64,000 nt of DNA from Treponema sp. UBA3813 (GCF_002368605.1 NZ_DFEB01000027.1), one strand, 5' to 3'. Positions 9,601 to 20,319 are shown, counted from the stretch's first letter. Numbers and translations: made by a program. The notes: a model not told the origin generated them from the letters alone.

Positions 9601-11172
9601 ATGAAAATCAAGCTTTTTACTTTTGCTGCTGCTTTGGGGATTCTTTTCTCAGGATGTCGTGAAAAAATTCCTGAATTGCATCCCACGGCAGACAATCCCG
9701 TCACAATTTCCCTCTGGTATGACGCCACCGTTACCGAAGCAGGCGCGCCCCCGGCAGACTGGATTGCTTATAAAATCATCCGCGAAAAATTCGGAATCAA
9801 CCTTGAGCTTACAATGCTTCCCTTTAATCAGGCTGACAAAAATATAAAAGTGAACGCAGCCGCAGACGGTGGCACACTCCCGGACATGGTGGTCGTAAAC
9901 CGTGAGCCGCTTTTAAATCTGATTCAAAAAGATTTGATTATGCCGGTTGATGAATTGTATCCCCTTATGCCGAACCGGACTCAGAAAATGTACGATGAGT
10001 CTTCCCGCAATTTTGCAACAGTCAAAGGAAAATGCTACGGATTCTCAACACCGGGCGGAAAGATTCAGAAAAACGAAGGGGTATTAATCCGAAAAGACTG
10101 GCTTGAAAATCTCGGACTTTCCATTCCAAAGACAATCGATGAATATCTTGATGTAATGCGGGCCTTTACCCACAATGACCCCGACAAAAACGGCAAAAAT
10201 GACACTTACGGCTACGGCGCATTTATCGAAATCAACTCTTACGAAGAGGGCTTGGGCCGCCGCTTAGACCCGATTTTCGGTGCATTCGGAGTTGCAGGCA
10301 CTTGGAACATGACCGAAAAGGATGCGGGCTTGAATGTGCGGAAGCCCACCTACTTTGACGCCCTCAGCACGATTGTGACTATGCAGAATGAAGGCCTTAT
10401 CGACCCAAACTGGCTGGGCTACAAAAAAGACGATTTCCGCGCCGCCTGGAAGCAAGGCAGATTCGGCATCATGCGGGAGCAGCACTCGGCCTATGCTTCT
10501 GAATCAAATTATGCTCCCTTTGACCGAAAATTCCCCAACGGCTCATGGATTGTCATAGATCCGCCGGTTGGTCCGAATGGAGAAAGCGCGGTGGGCGTAA
10601 ACACGATTCCTTACACAACACTGGTCATTTCAAAAAAAGCTCAAAAAGAAGGAAAAGCTCCTCTTATCGCGGCCTTGCTTGAATGGATGGTCAGCGATGA
10701 AGGCTATTATCTTTTGGGCTGGGGTCAGGAAGGCGTAAATTTTGTCTTCAACGAAAATCATGTTCCAGTTACAGAGGGAATTCCCGACCCCTCAAAAGGA
10801 TACACAAAAGCCGCCCAGCAACCCCTCACTCAGCTCAGAAACATGGTTTTCTGGCACAGTGACGCTGAATTAATCAGCCGCTATCCAACCTACACCACAG
10901 AAGTCAGCCACAAGACCATGAGCGCGCTCACCGTTCTCAGGGAAATGCAGCAAAAGGCTTGGGCAAATGCCACTGGCTCAGACAGCATGCCCCTGCCAAG
11001 CACTGAATTAAAGCATTTCTACGAGCAGGGAGTTCTGGATTTTGTAACAGGCAAGCGTGTCCTTACCAAAGAAAACTGGGCTTTATGGCTTGAAGAATTC
11101 GACCGCCTCGGCGGAAAACGCTGGGAAGAAGACGGAGTTGAAAAGGCTCGGCAAGCTAATTATCTTTACTAG
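9601..11172 (+). CDS. Extracellular solute-binding lipoprotein (family 1, carbohydrate type)
   Basis: Lipobox ILFSGC; IRKDWLENLGLSIPKTIDEY and DPDKNGKNDTYG are typical of oligosaccharide SBPs. Confidence 0.88.
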   Translation: MKIKLFTFAAALGILFSGCREKIPELHPTADNPVTISLWYDATVTEAGAPPADWIAYKIIREKFGINLELTMLPFNQADKNIKVNAAADGGTLPDMVVVNREPLLNLIQKDLIMPVDELYPLMPNRTQKMYDESSRNFATVKGKCYGFSTPGGKIQKNEGVLIRKDWLENLGLSIPKTIDEYLDVMRAFTHNDPDKNGKNDTYGYGAFIEINSYEEGLGRRLDPIFGAFGVAGTWNMTEKDAGLNVRKPTYFDALSTIVTMQNEGLIDPNWLGYKKDDFRAAWKQGRFGIMREQHSAYASESNYAPFDRKFPNGSWIVIDPPVGPNGESAVGVNTIPYTTLVISKKAQKEGKAPLIAALLEWMVSDEGYYLLGWGQEGVNFVFNENHVPVTEGIPDPSKGYTKAAQQPLTQLRNMVFWHSDAELISRYPTYTTEVSHKTMSALTVLREMQQKAWANATGSDSMPLPSTELKHFYEQGVLDFVTGKRVLTKENWALWLEEFDRLGGKRWEEDGVEKARQANYLY

Positions 11173-11181
11173 GAAAGGATT

Positions 11182-12780
11182 ATGAAATTAAAATCAGTAA
11201 GAACAAAACTAACGCTTCTGCTTTTTTGCATCGCACTTATTCCTCTTCTTCTTGTAATCGGATTTTATCTTGTAAATAACATTTCCAGCTCCATCGACAA
11301 TGCGAAATCAGACGGACTTTTGCGCAATTCTATCGTCAATGAGCATATCACCGAACATTTTGAGCGGAACCTTGCCGTTCTCCGTACTATCGCGCGAAAT
11401 CCTATGACACTCCAGTACACGCTGGCAAAAGCAGAAAACCGGGATCCTCTCATGGAGCAAACTCTCAGCCGCACCAACGATGTATTCAACGACAGCGACA
11501 ACATGATTATCACTGACAAAAACGGCGACCAGCTCGCCCGCACTGACGAATATCCCCTCATCAATGTAGAACACCGCCGCTATTTTCACGAAGCAATGCA
11601 AGGCTCAGAGTATATTTCTGATGTTCTTATCAGCCTTGCCAATAACCGCCTGATTACGGTTTTGGAAGTGCCGGTCTTTGACGAAAACAACAAGGCGGTG
11701 GGCATGGTGCAGCGAGATTATGATCTTTCAGCCCTGCAGCAATTTGTAAAAGAACTTTCTTCCGCAAACACCCGCGTTATGATTACAGACAGCGTGGGAA
11801 ATCTTGTCGCCCATTCAGAAGAGACCCTTGAAAGCAATCAGCTCATAGGATTAAGCACAAATCCTGCCGTGGCGGCGGCTCTTGCGGGCAAAAAAGGCTC
11901 TATCGATGCAGTGTTGTCAGTTCACGGTGGCAGCAAAAAAGAACGCATGCTGGTAAGCTACTCAAAAAATGAAATTTCTGGCTGGGTCATCATAACGGAG
12001 CGCTCATACCGCTACATCTGGCAGAAAGTTGTCACCGATGCCCTCACCGCAGTCATCATCGGCGGAATCATGCTTTTCCTTCTTGCACTTGTGTCGGCCT
12101 TCATCGCCGAAAAAGCAACACGGAAAATTCGGGCAATTTCAAGCCTTGTCGGTCGAGCCGCAGATGAGTCAGGGGATTCAGTTTCCCTTTCCGAGCTGGG
12201 CGACGATGAATTGGGTCAGATGGCTCAGGCAATCAGCAAAATCCGCTCTTCACGAGATTCTTACCGCAAAGACGCAGAAATCGACAAACTTACAGGTCTT
12301 TTAAATAAGGCGACTTTTGAACGGCTCTGCCGCAGAACCCTTTCCGAAAATCAGCCGGGAACATTCGCTTCCCTTATAGTCATCGACCTCGACCATTTTA
12401 AGGAAGTAAACGACACTCTAGGTCATCAGACAGGAGACGCCCTGCTCCACGATTTTGGCGAAGTCCTAAGACGGCTTTTCCGCCCCACGGACTTGGTAGG
12501 CCGCTTTGGTGGCGATGAATTTGTCGTCCTGCTAAACGACCTTCCGGGCAAGGAAATCGCCCTGCTAAAAGCAAAAAGGATAGTTGAGGCGGCAAAAACG
12601 ATTCTCACAGGCGTTGATGTTGTAAAAGTCAGTGCCAGCGTAGGAATAAGCTCAACTCCCCAACATGGCATTGATTACGATTCATTGTTCGCCATTGCCG
12701 ACAAATCAGTCTATGCCGTAAAAGAAAGCGGAAGAAACGGAATCTGCTACGGAAACGAAGAAGTGCTCCGCTCAGAATAG
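11182..12780 (+). CDS. Membrane sensor diguanylate cyclase (TM-dCache-TM-HAMP-like-GGDEF)
   Basis: Two TM helices flank a Cache-like domain (HRRYFHEAM, YISDVLIS); DKLTGLLN, DLDHFKEVND, I-site RPTD and an intact GRFGGDEF. Confidence 0.92.
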   Translation: MKLKSVRTKLTLLLFCIALIPLLLVIGFYLVNNISSSIDNAKSDGLLRNSIVNEHITEHFERNLAVLRTIARNPMTLQYTLAKAENRDPLMEQTLSRTNDVFNDSDNMIITDKNGDQLARTDEYPLINVEHRRYFHEAMQGSEYISDVLISLANNRLITVLEVPVFDENNKAVGMVQRDYDLSALQQFVKELSSANTRVMITDSVGNLVAHSEETLESNQLIGLSTNPAVAAALAGKKGSIDAVLSVHGGSKKERMLVSYSKNEISGWVIITERSYRYIWQKVVTDALTAVIIGGIMLFLLALVSAFIAEKATRKIRAISSLVGRAADESGDSVSLSELGDDELGQMAQAISKIRSSRDSYRKDAEIDKLTGLLNKATFERLCRRTLSENQPGTFASLIVIDLDHFKEVNDTLGHQTGDALLHDFGEVLRRLFRPTDLVGRFGGDEFVVLLNDLPGKEIALLKAKRIVEAAKTILTGVDVVKVSASVGISSTPQHGIDYDSLFAIADKSVYAVKESGRNGICYGNEEVLRSE

Positions 12781-12831
12781 TTATCAATTTGTCATATAAT
12801 GTGATAAAATACATATAATAAGGAATTAAGA

Positions 12832-13266
12832 ATGCTGAATGTAGATACAATTAAAAACGGACTGGTCATCGATCACATTAAGGCGGGCTTCGGACCTCAG
12901 ATTTTTCATTTTTTAGGTTTGGACAAGGCAGATTTTTCATGCGCCCTTATCATGAATGTCTCTTCAAAAAAATCAGGTAAAAAAGACATTATCAAAATCG
13001 ACAATATCATCAACATTGACTATTCAGTGCTGGGCTTTATCGACCCAAACATCTGCATCAATGTAATAAAAGATGAAAAAATCGTCCGAAAAATCAACAT
13101 GGAACTGCCGGAACGGGTTGAAAATGTCATTCATTGCAAAAACCCCCGCTGTATCACCGTCACCGAAAATTATGTACGCCCAGTCTTCAAGTTGATTAAC
13201 CGCGACAAAGCTCAGTATGCCTGCGAATATTGCGATGCCCTCTATACTGCCGGCTCAATCGACTAA
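12832..13266 (+). CDS. pyrI: Aspartate carbamoyltransferase regulatory subunit
   Basis: IKNGLVIDHI, GKKDIIKI, zinc ligands CKNPRC and CEYC; SD AAGGA. Confidence 0.95.
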   Translation: MLNVDTIKNGLVIDHIKAGFGPQIFHFLGLDKADFSCALIMNVSSKKSGKKDIIKIDNIINIDYSVLGFIDPNICINVIKDEKIVRKINMELPERVENVIHCKNPRCITVTENYVRPVFKLINRDKAQYACEYCDALYTAGSID

Positions 13267-13289
13267 AAACAAGGTGTCAGGAGGAACTT

Positions 13290-14717
13290 ATGTCTGATTC
13301 TTCAATTCTGATTATTTATAACGCCCGGCTGGTAGATTCAAAAATAGACAGTCCAGGCACAGTCACCGTGGCAAACGGCAAAATCCGCGGAATCAATCTG
13401 GGCGAATGTAAAAGCGCAAAAAAAGCATTTCTTCTGGCACAGGCTTTTCTCTCAGAAAGCGACGCGGATACAACTCCAGAATTTTATGACGCAAAAGGCT
13501 TAACTCTCATGCCTTCATTCATCGACATGCATGTGCATTTCCGCTATCCGGGTCAAACTCAAAAAGAAGACTTGGATTCCGGCCTTAAAGCGGCAGTTGC
13601 AGGCGGCTACGGAACCGTAGTTCTCATGCCAAACACAAATCCTGTCATTTCAGACCCGCTCCTTGCAAAAAAGGTCATGGACGAGGCGAATTCCAAAAAT
13701 CTTGCCAGAGTCTTTCAGACAGTCAGCATTACCAAGAATTTTGAAGGAAACGACACGAGCGCAATCGAAAAGCTGAACAACGACGAATTTCCTGTCATTT
13801 CAGAAGACGGCCACGATGTAGACTCAGCCGCCACCATGCTTGAGGGAATGAAAAAAGCCGGCAAAAAGAACATTATCGTCAGCTGTCATTGTGAAGATCC
13901 TTCTCTCGCTCAGGCAGCCCGCCCCTACCGCCAGCGTGCCCTGGGCTTTATGGAGCAATACGGAATTCCGGCCGGAAAAGTGAATGTGGAAACGCCCAAT
14001 GTTCCAAAAGCAATCAATTTTGAAATTGACGGCAATCTTACCAAGGCAAATTCCCTGCTGGCTCTTGCGGAAGACATTGCTACAATCCGCAATATCGAAA
14101 TCGCAAAAACCGCGGGCTGTCATGTTCATATCTGCCACTGCTCCACAAAAATCAGCATGGATGCCGTTCGCCGGGCAAAAGAAGAAATCGCCCTGGGGAA
14201 CACAAGCAACGGCTTTGACTGCACGGTGGAAGTCACTCCCCATCACCTCGGCTTGGTGGGAACAGACGCGCCAAATATCCGCGCCCTGGTAAATCCCCCT
14301 CTCAGAAGCGAAGATGACCGGCGCGCTCTTATCGAAGCCCTCCGGGACGGCACGGTTGACGCAATCGCCACAGACCATGCCCCCCACACTCAGGAAGACA
14401 AGGCAAAAGGTAGCCCAGGATTCACTGGCCTCGAAACCGCATTTGCCGTCTGCAATACGATTCTCGTCAAAAAAGAAGATTTTTCTCTCTCAAAACTTTC
14501 CCGCCTCATGAGCGACAATCCGGCAAAACTCCTCAGAATCAAGGCAGGCCGCCTCGCCGTGGGCTACAATGCGGATTTAGTTCTCGTCAATCCCGATGAA
14601 AAATGGATTGTAAACAGCGAGAATTTCGCCAGCAAGGGAAAGTCAACGCCGCTGGAAGGAAAACAGCTCACAGGCAAAGTGCACGCAACCTTCTTTGGCG
14701 GAAAAAAAGTATTTTAG
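13290..14717 (+). CDS. pyrC: Dihydroorotase
   Basis: DMHVHFRYPG, MPNTNP, HCED, HICH, EVTPHH, VNPPLR and ATDHAPH. Start moved to ATG 13290, which follows AGGAGGA. Confidence 0.95.
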   Translation: MSDSSILIIYNARLVDSKIDSPGTVTVANGKIRGINLGECKSAKKAFLLAQAFLSESDADTTPEFYDAKGLTLMPSFIDMHVHFRYPGQTQKEDLDSGLKAAVAGGYGTVVLMPNTNPVISDPLLAKKVMDEANSKNLARVFQTVSITKNFEGNDTSAIEKLNNDEFPVISEDGHDVDSAATMLEGMKKAGKKNIIVSCHCEDPSLAQAARPYRQRALGFMEQYGIPAGKVNVETPNVPKAINFEIDGNLTKANSLLALAEDIATIRNIEIAKTAGCHVHICHCSTKISMDAVRRAKEEIALGNTSNGFDCTVEVTPHHLGLVGTDAPNIRALVNPPLRSEDDRRALIEALRDGTVDAIATDHAPHTQEDKAKGSPGFTGLETAFAVCNTILVKKEDFSLSKLSRLMSDNPAKLLRIKAGRLAVGYNADLVLVNPDEKWIVNSENFASKGKSTPLEGKQLTGKVHATFFGGKKVF

Positions 14718-14774
14718 ATTATTGGACTTGCCTGATAATAACATCGGGAAAGGCCTGTCTCACTCGGAGTTTTT

Positions 14775-16670
14775 ATGTATAACGAAAAATTTTTGCGCGT
14801 TCTTGCCCGGCAATATCCCACGGAGCGCGCCGTAATCTCGGAAATCGTCAATTTGCAGGCAATTCTCTCCCTGCCCAAAGGCACGGAGCACTTTTTGACC
14901 GACATTCACGGCGAATTCCAGCAATTTTCTCATGTTCTGCGTAACGGCTCCGGCTCAATCAAAACCAAAATCGAAGAAGTCTTCGGAAACACAGAAACGA
15001 CCTCTACAAAACGCGCCCTTGCCACTTTAATCTACTACCCCAAAGAAAAACTTGAAATCGTACGGCAAAGCGAAAAGGGCGAGGATTTGAATGACTGGTA
15101 TACCGTTACCCTGCACCGCCTCGTTGCCATGCTCCGCCGAGTCTCGTCAAAATATACCCGCGCAAAAGTGCGCAAAATCATGCCTGAAGATTTTGCCTAT
15201 GTCATCGAAGAGCTGATTACCGAAAAGGAAGAACTTAGCGACAAACAGGCCTACTACAATCAGATTTTGCAGACCGTTATCAGAATCGGGGCGGCGGAAG
15301 CCCTCATCGAAGCACTCTGCAACATGATTCAAACTCTGGTCATCGACCATTTGCACATAATCGGTGACATTTTTGACCGGGGACCGGGACCGCATCAGAT
15401 TCTCGACAAACTCCTCCATTATCATTCCCTGGACATTCAGTGGGGAAACCACGATGTAGTCTGGATGGGAGCCGCCGCAGGAAGCAAAATCTGCATCGCC
15501 AATGTCGTCCGTCTCTGCGCCCGCTACAACAATCTCGATGTCCTTGAAGAAGGCTACGGAATCAACCTCACTCCACTGGTCACTTTCTGCATGAAGGCCT
15601 ACGGCCACATGGACAGGCACGCCGTTCACAAGGCAATCTCAATCATTCAGTTCAAGCTGGAAGACGCAATGATTCGGGAAAATCCTGAATTTGAAATGCA
15701 AAACCGCCTCATTCTCGACAAAATCAACTGGGAAAAGGGCACAATCACAATCGAAGGCAAGGAATGGAAACTGAATTCCACAAATCTTAAAGACGCCTTC
15801 CCTACCCTCGACCGCAAAAATCCTGCTATGCTCAGCGAAGACGAGGTTATGGTCATGAACCGGCTGGCCTATTCTTTCATGCACTGCGAAAAATTACAAA
15901 ATCATGTCAAATTCCTCTATAAAAAAGGCAATTTGTACAAGGTTTTCAACGGAAATTTGCTATACCACGGCTGTATGCCCCTGGATTCAGAAGGCAAATT
16001 CCTCAAAGTCAGGCTTTTCGGCAAGGAATTTTCAGGCAAAGCCCTGTATGACGAACTTGAAATCTGGGCGCGCAAAGGCTATTTCTCAAAGCCGGGCACC
16101 AAAGAAAAGCAAAAAGGCGAAAGCATTCTCTGGTATTTGTGGACAGGCCCAAAATCCCCGCTTTTCGGAAAAGACAAAATGGCCTGCTTTGAAAATATGT
16201 TCATCGATGACAAGGCAGCAAGTAAAGAGCACAAAAATCATTACTACGATGAAGTTGAAGATTTGGCCACAGTCGAAGGAATCCTCACGGAATTCGGCCT
16301 CGACCCGAAAACTGCACACATCATAAACGGCCATGTTCCTCAGGAAGTCAAAAAAGGCGATTCCCCCATTAAATGCGGCGGAAAATTGCTGATTATCGAC
16401 GGCGGTTTTGCGGCAGCTTATCACGAAAAGACAGGTATCGCAGGCTACACTTTAGTCTGTAATTCTTATGGTCTTCGCCTTGTTGTTCACGAAAAATTCA
16501 CCAGCTGTGACCAGATGATTGCCACGGACAGCGACATCGTAAGCGACACAATCACCGTGGAAAAATTCCCCAACCGCCATTATGTGGCCGACACAGACCG
16601 GGGTCTGGAAATCAAAGAGCAAATTGCCGAACTGGAAGACTTACTGGAAATGTACCGTCGGGGGCACTAG
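14775..16670 (+). CDS. fbp: Fructose-1,6-bisphosphatase class III
   Basis: LPKGTEHFLTDIHGE, GDIFDRGP, DIQWGNHD, IINGHVP and IDGGF...TGIAGYTL. Confidence 0.95.
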   Translation: MYNEKFLRVLARQYPTERAVISEIVNLQAILSLPKGTEHFLTDIHGEFQQFSHVLRNGSGSIKTKIEEVFGNTETTSTKRALATLIYYPKEKLEIVRQSEKGEDLNDWYTVTLHRLVAMLRRVSSKYTRAKVRKIMPEDFAYVIEELITEKEELSDKQAYYNQILQTVIRIGAAEALIEALCNMIQTLVIDHLHIIGDIFDRGPGPHQILDKLLHYHSLDIQWGNHDVVWMGAAAGSKICIANVVRLCARYNNLDVLEEGYGINLTPLVTFCMKAYGHMDRHAVHKAISIIQFKLEDAMIRENPEFEMQNRLILDKINWEKGTITIEGKEWKLNSTNLKDAFPTLDRKNPAMLSEDEVMVMNRLAYSFMHCEKLQNHVKFLYKKGNLYKVFNGNLLYHGCMPLDSEGKFLKVRLFGKEFSGKALYDELEIWARKGYFSKPGTKEKQKGESILWYLWTGPKSPLFGKDKMACFENMFIDDKAASKEHKNHYYDEVEDLATVEGILTEFGLDPKTAHIINGHVPQEVKKGDSPIKCGGKLLIIDGGFAAAYHEKTGIAGYTLVCNSYGLRLVVHEKFTSCDQMIATDSDIVSDTITVEKFPNRHYVADTDRGLEIKEQIAELEDLLEMYRRGH

Positions 16671-17936
16671 CTAGAAGCCCATTCGCACGCCAACGAATGC
16701 GCCGTAACCGTCTCCCTTGAAGCTTGCAGGTAAATTCGTTCCGCAGAGGCTTGCTTGTGCCAAAATTTCAACAGCACGGAAATTCAAGCTGAATCCTGCC
16801 CTATGCTGAAAAACTTGATTTTGGTAAGCTGTTCCCACATTAAAATTAAAGATTCTCCATAAAAGCGAAAGCCTAAGATCAAGGGCATATTCCATATAAA
16901 AAATCGAATCGCTTGAATACGGATTACGGACTGCAAAACCAACTTGAGGCTGAATCTTGAGCCAATTACCAAAAGGCATGTAAGTTGCGTTTAAACCTAA
17001 TCGAAGTGGTCGGTAAGCCTTGTGTGTCTCTTCTGAGTAGGTAAAATCATCATGTCCATGATCACTTGTATGAGACTCTGTATTATCAAGATAGCCAAGG
17101 ACATTAGCCTCGTAAAAGTTAGCCCATACACGAGTGCTCATTTTGTAATTAAGCTTTCCTGGTAAAACCGGAATCCTGGTGTACAAACCAGCATTAAAAT
17201 TATGAAACCAATTTCTTTCAAGTTCGAGTGAAAGATCAAAACCACCGTTAGAAAGAATACGGCTTGCATTCAAATCAAGGTTATCAATAGTTTTTTTATC
17301 TTCCATGAAGTCATGCATATTTATAGCCGTATAAATATCAACATTTGCCTCAGCCTCACCTTTTATCAGTCCGTTTTCTGTGGTTGTAATGGAAGCACTT
17401 GCCTTTGTTTTTGGTACATAGACAAGCGGCACGAAATATGTCGGGGTAATTTTTACGCCGTAATTATTTATAATTGTTTGAAAAGAAGCCCCCATATTAA
17501 AGAAAACATCGGCATATCCAGTCGCATCCACTGTTTTGGATTCACCAACTCTCAGACCGTCCGCAAGCAAATCAAACAAATCCTTTGAGATATTAAAATG
17601 TGAATTTGCCTCGACCTCAGTAAAAATTCCGAAACGGAAACGACTGCTGACATTCAGATTCGCAAACACAGTTTCCTTATTATGAAATCCAAGGGAAAAT
17701 CCATCTTTCGGCATGTCTTTAGCAATTTTCTGTAAATCAATTACAAGATTTTTTTTAAGGAAGTCCTGAAGCCCAAAGGAACTGTTTGCAAAAACGGTAT
17801 CTGAATCAACTCCAAATTCAAAAATTCGTTTTGGCTTTGAAAGCAAATCACCGTCACCAACTTCTGCATGAGCAGAAGAAAAAGCAAAAACAGAAAGGAG
17901 AGAAAATATAATCGAAGTTTTTAGGATTTTTTTCAT
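16671..17936 (-). CDS. Predicted outer-membrane beta-barrel protein (DUF5723-like)
   Basis: Signal peptide ending AHA, alternating amphipathic strands, and a C-terminal BamA-type signal (AFVGVRMGF). Confidence 0.65.
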   Translation of the reverse strand: MKKILKTSIIFSLLSVFAFSSAHAEVGDGDLLSKPKRIFEFGVDSDTVFANSSFGLQDFLKKNLVIDLQKIAKDMPKDGFSLGFHNKETVFANLNVSSRFRFGIFTEVEANSHFNISKDLFDLLADGLRVGESKTVDATGYADVFFNMGASFQTIINNYGVKITPTYFVPLVYVPKTKASASITTTENGLIKGEAEANVDIYTAINMHDFMEDKKTIDNLDLNASRILSNGGFDLSLELERNWFHNFNAGLYTRIPVLPGKLNYKMSTRVWANFYEANVLGYLDNTESHTSDHGHDDFTYSEETHKAYRPLRLGLNATYMPFGNWLKIQPQVGFAVRNPYSSDSIFYMEYALDLRLSLLWRIFNFNVGTAYQNQVFQHRAGFSLNFRAVEILAQASLCGTNLPASFKGDGYGAFVGVRMGF

Positions 17937-17951
17937 ATTGTCTTTCTCTCC

Positions 17952-20246
17952 CTATTTATCCTTGTCATTTTTATTCCACAACTCAACCGTGCCGTCTGTC
18001 TTGATTGAAATCGAACCTAGAAGAGAGAAAGCTGAATTACGAGCAAAAGAACGGGGTGTCGATCCATCAGCACCTTCTATTTCCATTTTTACTTTTGGAA
18101 TAAAAGGCCGCGTGTGAAGGATTTCCTTTACCTCATCGCCAGTGAACAACAGAGAATAGGAACCATTCTCAGTTTTTAAGGATTTTCCCGGAGTCGATGT
18201 TCCATCTTCAGCTGTTGTTTTTATTATTCCCCCATCATCATAGAATGTAAGGGTTATATTTTCCATTGGAGTAGTGTTTTTTAGCGTGTAATTGAAAGAA
18301 ATTGACTTAATGGCATCGAGATATTTGTCATTGTCACTGTCCCAGTCCTCGTCTCTATGTAAGGCGTCTTCGGTAAATTCGTTACCAATAAGAGCAAGCA
18401 CATCCGGAATAGTGATTATGCCATCGCTTACACCGTCAGACACATCAGCTAAAACTATTTCAAAAGGAATGACAAGGGCAAGGTGAATGCTTATTGAGCT
18501 TCCTTTTTTTAAAGCCTCAATATCGTCACCAGTAAGCGTTATGTTTGAATTAGAATCGCTAGCTAAATCAAGATTGTAAGAAAAAGAAAGATTGCTTGGC
18601 TGTGAATTTATGATTGTATCCAAAACATTGTCATTTACTTTTTTTGAGAAAATCTGTTTGTCAGGATCACTTTCGCCCGTCCAGTTCTCAGTGATAAGTG
18701 CATTTTTATCTGCGAGGGAAGCAAGAGTTGCCTTTCCGGATTTTACGCTGATTGTAGAATTTGACGGAATCAAAACTTCGCTTCCGGTGTTGTATGAAGC
18801 CGATATTCCAGCCGTTGCGGACAAACTCTTAAGTACACTGTTAGTCGTCGGCTGATTGACAAAGACATATCCCTCCAGCCCCTTGAATTTTACATTCTTG
18901 ATTAAATTCTCGTCGTTTTGAAGGATGTCAGAAAGAATCGTTGAAAAATCAATTCCTGTTTCGATAGTGCCAGAATGATTTCTCAAAATCGAAGATAAAT
19001 TTATAGTGATTTCAGAAAGCTCGTCGATTTTACATGCTCCAGAAATTGTAATTTTTTCATTATCACCGGTAAAAACAAGATTTGCATTTTTTAATGAAAA
19101 TTTAACACTGCCCGTAATATCTACATTACTGGAGTTTAGGGATTTTCCGCTTAAATCAACTTCTTTGTTGATTATATATTGCGCGCCACCGACAGTTTTA
19201 AATTCAGAATTTTCAATTTCAAGCCCGTCTGCCGAAGACTGAGCAACATCAATGGAAGAATTCGCCTCTTCATATTTGACTCCGCTCCATCCTTCAGGAA
19301 GTTTTGCTCCAAAAGAAAGTTTTCCTTTGCCGATTTTTGCACTTACCAAATAATTGTTCAGTCCTGTAATTGCCTTGGAATCATCAATCACCACATCACC
19401 GATATCGTCTGCGGACATATTCAGACCAGTTATTTTTGCGACTTTAATTCCAGAAGTAGAAGCTGAATAGGCGTAACTATATGGAGACGCATCCGAAGGA
19501 GAAGAATCAGTATCTTTGTATTTAGCACTGATAACAAGACGGACTCCTGAAGAATCAAGAGTCTTTCCCGCCAAATTAAATGAAAGGCTTCCGCCTTCAG
19601 TGCAATCTTTTGACTTCTCGTCAACGAGACGAGAACCGCTGTAAAGTTGGGCTTTAACTGTCAGTTCAATGCCCGCCGGAGAAGGAAGGGAAGAAGGCTT
19701 TGTAATAACGAGAGAAATCGTTCCAGCCGATAATTCTACTGTTTTAAAATCCAATTCTGTCGAAAGATTCAAGGGAATTCCGCTTATGGAATATTCCTTT
19801 CCATCCCCCAAATCAGGAACAGGTAAACCGCCGGAAGCAGATTCAAAATCAAAAGTGTCTTTTACCTTGTCATTGATGTTTAGATTGAAATCCGTTGAAA
19901 AAGTGATTTCGTCAATATCAGAGCTTGTATCCACTGCAGAAAGAGAAAATTCCTCAACTGGGTAATCAATTATGTATTTAAGAGTATCTTCGTCATTAAG
20001 AGTTGGATTGTAATCATAAATAACAGGCTTTTTTGAAGAAGAATTTCCGATATTGTCGTTGATAATGCCCTGCAATTTGCTTACGCTAAGTTTTTCATGA
20101 AGAGAAATTATTGACTGACCGACTGGAAGCTCAAAAACAGCAGAAGACTTAACGCTTACAGATTCTGGAATTTGTAAATTTGAGAAATCGCTACACGCAA
20201 AAAGGAGAAAAGCAAAGCAAGCACTTGTAAAAAAAAACTTCTTCAT
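17952..20246 (-). CDS. Large beta-rich, Ser-rich surface lipoprotein of unknown function
   Basis: MKKFF...LLFAC lipobox; SD AGGAG; 15 bp upstream of the barrel gene. Confidence 0.75.
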   Translation of the reverse strand: MKKFFFTSACFAFLLFACSDFSNLQIPESVSVKSSAVFELPVGQSIISLHEKLSVSKLQGIINDNIGNSSSKKPVIYDYNPTLNDEDTLKYIIDYPVEEFSLSAVDTSSDIDEITFSTDFNLNINDKVKDTFDFESASGGLPVPDLGDGKEYSISGIPLNLSTELDFKTVELSAGTISLVITKPSSLPSPAGIELTVKAQLYSGSRLVDEKSKDCTEGGSLSFNLAGKTLDSSGVRLVISAKYKDTDSSPSDASPYSYAYSASTSGIKVAKITGLNMSADDIGDVVIDDSKAITGLNNYLVSAKIGKGKLSFGAKLPEGWSGVKYEEANSSIDVAQSSADGLEIENSEFKTVGGAQYIINKEVDLSGKSLNSSNVDITGSVKFSLKNANLVFTGDNEKITISGACKIDELSEITINLSSILRNHSGTIETGIDFSTILSDILQNDENLIKNVKFKGLEGYVFVNQPTTNSVLKSLSATAGISASYNTGSEVLIPSNSTISVKSGKATLASLADKNALITENWTGESDPDKQIFSKKVNDNVLDTIINSQPSNLSFSYNLDLASDSNSNITLTGDDIEALKKGSSISIHLALVIPFEIVLADVSDGVSDGIITIPDVLALIGNEFTEDALHRDEDWDSDNDKYLDAIKSISFNYTLKNTTPMENITLTFYDDGGIIKTTAEDGTSTPGKSLKTENGSYSLLFTGDEVKEILHTRPFIPKVKMEIEGADGSTPRSFARNSAFSLLGSISIKTDGTVELWNKNDKDK

Positions 20247-20319
20247 ATTACTGACTCCTCGCCTAACAGTTCATTATAACTCATATAAGGTCTTTTGTCA
20301 GAAAAAAAATGATGCGCGC

